DNA from: the human T2T-CHM13v2.0 reference genome, Homo sapiens
Assembly: GCA_009914755.4 (NCBI GenBank)
Contig: CP086569.2
Span: forward strand, 30,112,001 to 30,176,000
Length of the DNA stretch: 64,000 bases
Reading direction: 5' to 3'
Below are positions 57,221 to 64,000 of the stretch, piece after piece (positions within the stretch are counted from its first letter, which is position 1; the number at the start of each line of letters is the position of its first letter). The translations under genes were made by a program, and so were the position numbers. The notes below the pieces were generated by a model. It saw nothing but the letters and a program-made list of their open reading frames with translations. It was not told where the DNA came from and made no database searches.

Positions 57221-60200
57221 CATTGAATGGAAAGGCTGGGTGTCGAAAGGAATTGACTCCAATGGAATGGAATCGAATGGAATGGAAGTGAATAGAATCG
57301 AACTAAATCGAATGGAATGGAATTGATAGGAACGGAATGGAAAGGATTGCAATGATTTGGCATGGAATGGAATCGAATGGCATCGAATGGAATGGAATGG
57401 AATGCAATGGAATGGAATGTATTAGAATGTAATGAACTTTAATGGAATGTACTCGAATGGATTCGACTGGAATGGAATGTTCTGGAAGTGAATGGACTCC
57501 AATGGAATGGATTCAAAAGGAATGGAATCGTACGGAATGGAATCTAATGGAATGGAATTAAATGGAAATGAATCAAATTGAATAGCACGGAATTGAATTG
57601 AATGGAATCGAATGCAATGGAATCTAATGAAACGGAAAGGAAAGGAATGGAATGGAATGGAATGGACTGGAATGGAAAGGAATCGAAACGAATGCAATGG
57701 AATCGAACTGAAGAGACTGGAATGGAATGCACTGGAATGGAAGGGAGTGTAATGGAAGGTTCTCGAAAAAAATGGAATCGAATGGAATGCAATTGAATGG
57801 AACGGAATAGAGTCGAATGGAATTGAATGGAATGGAATGGACTAGAGTGAAATGGAATCGAACCACAAGGAATGGACAGGAATAGAATGGTCTCGAATTG
57901 AATGGAATCGTATGGAATGGCATCAAACGGAATGGAATGGACAGCCACGGAATGGAATGCACTCGAATGCAATGGAGTCGAAACTAATGGACTGGAATAG
58001 AATGGACTCGACTGGTACGGACTCCAATGGAATGGAATCGAATGGAAGGGAATCGAACGGAATGGACTCGAAGGGAAAAGACTGCAATGGAAAGGTCTCG
58101 AATGGAATGGAAATTAATGGAATGGAATGGAATCGAATGAAATGGAGTCAAAAGGAATGGAATCGAATGGCAAGAAATCGAATGTAATGGAATCGCAAGG
58201 AATTGATGTGAACGGAACGGAATGGAATGGAATCCAAAGGAATGGAATAGAATGGAATGGAATCGAATGGAAAGGACTCGAATGGAAATCACTCGAATAG
58301 AATGCAATTTAATAAAATAGGATCAAATGTAACAGAATGGAAAGGAAAGGAATCGAAACGGAAGGAATGGAGACAGTTGGAATGGAATGGAACAGAGAGC
58401 AATGGTATAGAATGGAATGGAATCATGTGGAATGGAATTGAATGGAATGGAATGATATGAAATGGAATGGAATGGAATGGAATGGAATGCCCTTGAATTA
58501 AATGGACTGGACTCGAACAGAGTGGAATGGAAAGTGTTGAGATAGAATGGAATGGACTCCTTTGGAATGGTGTAGTATGCAATGCAATCGACTGGCAGGG
58601 AATCAAAAGGAATGTAATCGAATGGATTGGACTGGAATGCAATGGACTCGAATAGATTGGAAACGGAATGCAAAGGAATGGAATGGAATAGTATGGAATG
58701 CAATGGAAGGGAATGGAGTGGAATAGACTAGAGTGGAATGGAATGGACTGGAAAGCAATGGACTGGAATGGAACTTTCTTGGATGGACTGGAATCAAACG
58801 GAATGGAATGCAATGCAATCAAATGGCATGGAATAAAATAGAATGAAAGAGAATCAAATGGAATTGAATCGAATGGAATCGAATGGATTGGAAAGGAATA
58901 GAATGGAATGGAATGGAATTGACTCAAATGGAATGGACTAGAATGGAATGGATTCGAATGGAAGGCAAAGGAATGGAATCTATTGGAATGGACTGTAATG
59001 GAATGGAATGGAAGGGATTGGAATGGACTCGAATGGAATGGACTGCAATAGAAAGGATTCGAATGGAATGAAAAAGAATTGAATGGAATAGAACAGAATG
59101 GAATCAAATCGAATGAAATGGAATGGAATAGAAAGGAATGGAATGAAATGGAATGGAAAGGATTCGAATGGAATGCAATCGAATGGAATGGAATCGAACG
59201 GAATGGAATAAAATGGAAGAAAACTGGCAAGAAATGGAATCGAAAGGAATGGAGTGTTATGGAACGGACTCAAAAGGAATTGAATGTAATAGAATGGAGT
59301 GGAGTGGACTCGAATATAATGGACTGGAATGGAATGAAATCACATGGAATGGGAACGAATGGAATGGAATGGAAAGGAATGGAATCGAATGGAAAGGAAT
59401 CGAATGGAAGGGAATGAAATTGAATCAACAGGAATGGAAGGCAATAGAATAGACTGTAATGGAATGGACTCGAATAGAATGGACACGAATGCTCAAATTA
59501 AATGGACTCGAATGGAATGGAAACGAAAGGAATGTCATCGAATGGAATTGAATCGATTGGAATGAAATCGCATAGAATGGAGTGGAATCAAATGGAATTG
59601 AATCGAAAGGAAAGGAAGCGAATGGACTGAAATGAAATGGAATGGAATTGAATGGAAAGTAATGCGATGGAATAGAATGGAACGAAATTTCACGGAATGG
59701 AATCAAACTGAATGGAATCACATCAATGGAATCAAATCAAATGGAATGGAAAGGAATTGAATGGAGTAGATGGGATTGGATGTGATTGGAATGAAATGTA
59801 CTGGAAAGGACTCGAATTTCATGAAACGGAATGGAATGAATTGGAACGGAATGGACTCGAATGGAATGGAATGTCATGGAATGGCATCAAATGGAATGGC
59901 ATCAAATGGAATGGAATCGAATGCAATGGAATGCTATGGAATGGAATGGAATGCATTGGAATGGAATGTCCTCTAATGGAATGGATTCGAGTGGAATGGA
60001 ATTGAATATAATGGAGTCGAATGAAATGGAATTGAAAGGAATGGGATCGAATACAATGGAATATACAGGAATGTAACGTAATGAACTCGAATGTAATTGA
60101 CTGGAATGGAATGTACATGAATGGAATGTAATCGAATGGAAAGTAATCCAATGGAATAGAATCTAATGCAATAAAATCGACTCAGATAGAGTAGAATGTA

Positions 60201-60758
60201 AAGGAATGGAGTGCAGTGCAATGGAATGGAATGGAATGGAATGCAATGGAATGGAATGGAATGGAATGGAATGGGATGGAATGGTATGGAATGGATAGTA
60301 ATGGACTGGAGTGAAATGGACTGGAAAGGAATGGACTCAAATTGAAAGGGCTCGAAAGGAATGGAGACAAATGGAATGGTCTGGAATGGAATGAACACGA
60401 ATGTAATGCAATCCAATAGAATGGAGTCGAATGGCATGGAATATAAAGAAATGGAATCGAAGAGAATGGAAACAAATGGAATGGAATTGAATGGAATGGA
60501 ATTGAATGGAATGGGAACGAATGGAGTGAAATTGTATGCAGTAGAAGAGAATAGAATGGAATGCAAGGAAAGGAAAGGAATGGATTGGAATGGAATGGAA
60601 TTCATTGGAATGGAAGGGAATGTAGTGTAATGGACAGGCCTGGAATAAAGTGGAATGCTACGGTCTCGAATGGAATAAAAATGTATGGAATGGAATGCAA
60701 TGAAACGGAATCGAATGTCATAGAATGTAATGGAATGCAACAAAATGGAATCCAAAAT
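57221..60758 (+). repeat. HOR unit 17 (3538 bp)
   Basis: Anchor is the variant cattgaatgg at 57221. Confidence 0.9.
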
Positions 60759-63700
60759 CATTGACTGGAAAGGCTGGGTGTCGAAAGGAATTGACTCGAA
60801 TGGAATGGAATCGAATGGAATGGAAGTGAATAGAATCGAACTAAATCGAATGGAATGGAATTGATAGGAACGGAATGGAAAGGAATGCAATGATTTGGCA
60901 TGGAATGGAATCGAATGGCATCGAATGGAATGGAATGGAATGCAATGGAATGGAATGTATTAGAATACAATGAACTTTAATGGAATGTACTCGAATGGAT
61001 TCGACTGGAATGGAATGTTCTGGAAGTGAATGGACTCCAATGGAATGGATTCAAAAGGAATGGAATCGTACGGAATGGAATCTAATGGAATGGAATTAAA
61101 TGGAAATGAATCAAATTGAATAGCACGGAATTGAATTGAATGGAATCGAATGAAATGGAATCTAATGAAACGGAAAGGAAAGGAATGGAATGGAATGGAA
61201 TGGGCTGGAATGGAAAGGAATCGAAACGAATGGAATGGAATCGAACTGAAGAGACTGGAATGGAATGCACTGGAATGGAAGGGAGTGTAATGGAAGGTTC
61301 TCGAAAAAAATGGAATCGAATGGAATGGAATTGAATGGAACGGAATAGAGTCGAATGGAATTGAATGGAATGGAATGGACTAGAGTGAAATGGAATCGAA
61401 CCACAAGGAATGGACAGGAAAAGAATGGTCTCGAATTGAATGGAATCGTATGGAATGGCATCAAACGGAATGGAATGGACAGCCACGGAATGGAATGCAC
61501 TCGAATGCAATGGAGTCGAAACTAATGGACTGGAATAGAATGGACTCGACTGGTACGGACTCCAATGGAATGGAATCGAATGGAAGGGAATCGAACGGAA
61601 TGGACTCGAAGGGAAAAGACTGCAATGGAAAGGTCTCGAATGGAATGGAAATTAATGGAATGGAATGGAATCGAATGAAATGGAGTCAAAAGGAATGGAA
61701 TCGAATGGCAAGAAATCGAATGTAATGGAATCGCAAGGAATTGATGTGAACGGAACGGAATGGAATGGAATCCAAAGGAATGGAATAGAATGGAATGGAA
61801 TCGAATGGAAAGGACTCGAATGGAAATCACTCGAATAGAATGCAATTTAATAAAATAGGATCAAATGTAATGGAATGGAATGGAAAGGAATCGAAACGAA
61901 AGGAATGGAGACAGATGGAATGGAATGGAACAGAGAGCAATGGTATAGAATGGAATGGAATCATCTGGAATGGAATTGAATGGAATGGAATAATATGAAA
62001 TGGAATGGAATGGAATGGAATGGAATGCCCTTGAATTAAATGGACTGGACTCGAACAGATTGGAATGGAAAGTGTTGAGATAGAATGGAATGGACTCCTT
62101 TGGAATGGTGTAGTATGCAATGCAATCGACTGGCAGGGAATCAAAAGGAATGTAATCGAATGGATTGGACTGGAATGCAATGGACTCGAATAGATTGGAA
62201 ACGGAATGCAAAGGAATGGAATGGAATAGTATGGAATGGAATGGAAAGGAATGGAGTGGAATAGACTAGAGTGGAATGGAATGGACTGGAAAGCAATGGA
62301 CTGGAATGGAACATTCTTGAATGGACTGGAATCAAACGGAATGGAATGCAATGCAATCAAATGGCATGGAATAAAATAGAATGAAAGAGAATCAAATGGA
62401 ATTGAATCGAATGGAATCGAATGGATTGGAAAGGAATAGAATGGAATGGAATGGAATTGACTCAAATGGAATGGACTAGAATGGAATGGATTCGAATGGA
62501 AGGCAAAGGAATGGAATCTATTGGAATGGACTGTAATGGAATGGAATGGAAAGGATTGGAATGGACTCGAATGGAATGGACTGCAATAGAAAGGATTCGA
62601 ATGGAATGAAAAAGAATTGAATGGAATAGAACAGAATGGAATCAAATCGAATGAAATGGAATGGAATAGAAAGGAATGGAATGAAATGGAATGGAAAGGA
62701 TGCGAATGGAATGTAATCGAATGGAATGGAATCGAACGGAATGGAATAAAATGGAAGAAAACTGGCAAGAAATGGAATCGAAATGAATGGAGTGTTATGG
62801 AACGGACTCAAAAGGAATTGAATGTAATAGAATGGAGTGGAGTGGACTCGAATATAATGGACTGGAATGGAATGAAATCACATGGAATGGGAACGAATGG
62901 AATGGAATGGAAAGGAATGGAATCGAATGGAAAGGAATCGAATGGAAGGGAATGAAACTGAATCAACAGGAATGGAAGGGAATAGAATAGACGGTAATGG
63001 AATGGACTCGAATAGAATGGACACGAATGCTCAAATTGAATGGACTCGAATGGAATGGAAAGGAAAGGAATGTCATCGAATGGAATTGAATCGATTGGAA
63101 TGAAATCGCATAGAATGGAGTGGAATCAAATGGAATTGAATCGAAAGGAAAGGAAGCGAATGGACTGAAATGAAATGGAATGGAATTGAATGGAAAGTAA
63201 TGCAATGGAATAGACTGGAACGAAATTTCACGGAATGGAATCAAACTGAATGGAATCAAATCAATGGAATCAAATCAAATGGAATGTAAAGGAATTGAAT
63301 GGAGTAGATGGGATTGGATGGGATTGGAATGAAATGTACTGGAAAGGACTCGAATTTCATGAAACGGAATGGAATGAATTGGAACGGAATGGACTCGAAT
63401 GGAATGGAATGTCATGGAATGGCATCAAATGGAATGGCATCAAATGGAATGGAATCGAATGCAATGGAATGCTATGGAATGGAATGGAATGCATTGGAAT
63501 GGAATGTCCTCTAATGGAATGGATTCGAGTGGAATGGAATCGAATATAATGGAGTCGAATGAAATGGAATTGAAAGGAATGGGATCGAATACAATGGAAT
63601 ATACTGGAATGTAACGTAATGAACTCGAATGTAATTGACTGGAATGGAATGTACATGAATGGAATGTAATCGAATGGAAAGTAATCCAATGGAATAGAAT

Positions 63701-64000
63701 CTAATGCAATAAAATCGACTCAGATAGAGTAGAATGTAATGGAATGGAGTGCAGTGCAATGGAATGGAATGGAATGGAATGCAATGGAATGGAATGGGAT
63801 GGAATGGTATGGAATGGATAGTAATGGACTGGAGTGAAATGGACTGGAAAGGAATGGACTCAAATTGAAAGGGCTCGAAAGGAATGGAGACAAATGGAAT
63901 GGTCTGGAATGGAATGAACACGAATGTAATGCAATCCAATAGAATGGAATCGAATGGCATGGAATATAAAGAAATGGAATCGAAGAGAATGGAAACAAAT
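60759..64000 (+). repeat. HOR unit 18 (partial, 5' 3242 bp)
   Basis: Anchor cattgactgg at 60759. The window ends before the next anchor. Confidence 0.85.

Larger units (their letters stand above)
52700..59750 (+). repeat. Recently homogenised tandem pair (two ~3519-bp copies almost identical to each other)
   Basis: Private variants recur at a 3519-bp offset: cattgaatgg at 53702/57221; aatgtgaacgaatggagtg at 53453/56972; gtgatcgaatggaaagtagtcc at 53091/56610; ggattggatgtgattgg at 56253/59772; the 35-bp short pure tract. ORFs 54025..54453 = 57544..57972 and 53903..54178 = 57422..57697. Confidence 0.75.
1..64000. repeat. Human satellite III (GGAAT)n / (ATTCC)n tandem array organised as a ~3.56 kb higher-order repeat (DYZ1-like, probable Yq12 heterochromatin)
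   Basis: The whole + strand is the AATGG/GGAAT pentamer and single-base variants, with no orientation switch. A unique anchor (cattgactgg / cattgaatgg) recurs 18 times at 260, 3844, 7428, 10986, 14574, 18146, 21740, 25284, 28818, 32355, 35909, 39498, 43057, 46595, 50184, 53702, 57221 and 60759. These give 17 unit lengths of 3518–3594 bp, mean 3559 bp. The DYZ1 assignment relies on my recollection of a published ~3.56 kb DYZ1 unit. Confidence 0.9.

Noticed and set aside
1-64000. CRISPR array or other prokaryotic repeat-spacer structure
   Set aside because: There are no unique spacers. Everything between repeats is itself repeat. The period is 5 bp nested in 3.56 kb, typical of eukaryotic satellite DNA.
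1-64000. Alpha satellite, HSat2 or telomeric repeat
   Set aside because: There is no 171-bp periodicity and no TTAGGG. Long perfect (AATGG)n runs plus a CAACCC-type decamer fit HSat3 rather than the more diverged HSat2.

Overview
The whole 64 kb window is one uninterrupted tandem satellite array. It contains no genes, RNA genes, transposons, CRISPR arrays or other foreign insertions. The + strand consists of the pentamer GGAAT and its one- or two-base variants (AATGG/AATGC/AATCG/AATGT) in a single orientation throughout, so the – strand is (ATTCC)n. This is human satellite III (HSat3).

The pentamers form a higher-order repeat (HOR) with mean length about 3,559 bp (range 3,518–3,594). The window holds 17 complete HOR units and two partial ones, all head-to-tail in the same register. 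Each unit carries, from reading the sequence:
- one HaeIII/StuI site (AGGCCT),
- one EcoRI site (GAATTC),
- one degenerate CAACCC decamer,
- one A7 run,
- one variable-length pure (AATGG)n tract.

The 3.56 kb period, the pentamer composition and the single HaeIII site per unit fit best with the Y-chromosome DYZ1 family on Yq12. That assignment rests on recalled literature and was not checked by alignment.

Nothing here resembles a protein-coding or defence system. The many 60–318 aa six-frame ORFs are compositional artefacts: (GGAAT)n has no stop codon in any frame, and translates as MEWNG repeats on + and IPFHS repeats on –.

What is interesting is the array's internal structure:
- a roughly 6 kb block copied 14.24 kb (exactly 4 units) away;
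- a junction unit that changes partner part-way through;
- a short conversion-like patch with a different relative;
- locally near-identical tandem pairs;
- discrete unit subtypes marked by shared indels and a C>T diagnostic site;
- a pure-pentamer tract whose length (35–95 bp) accounts for most of the unit-length variation.
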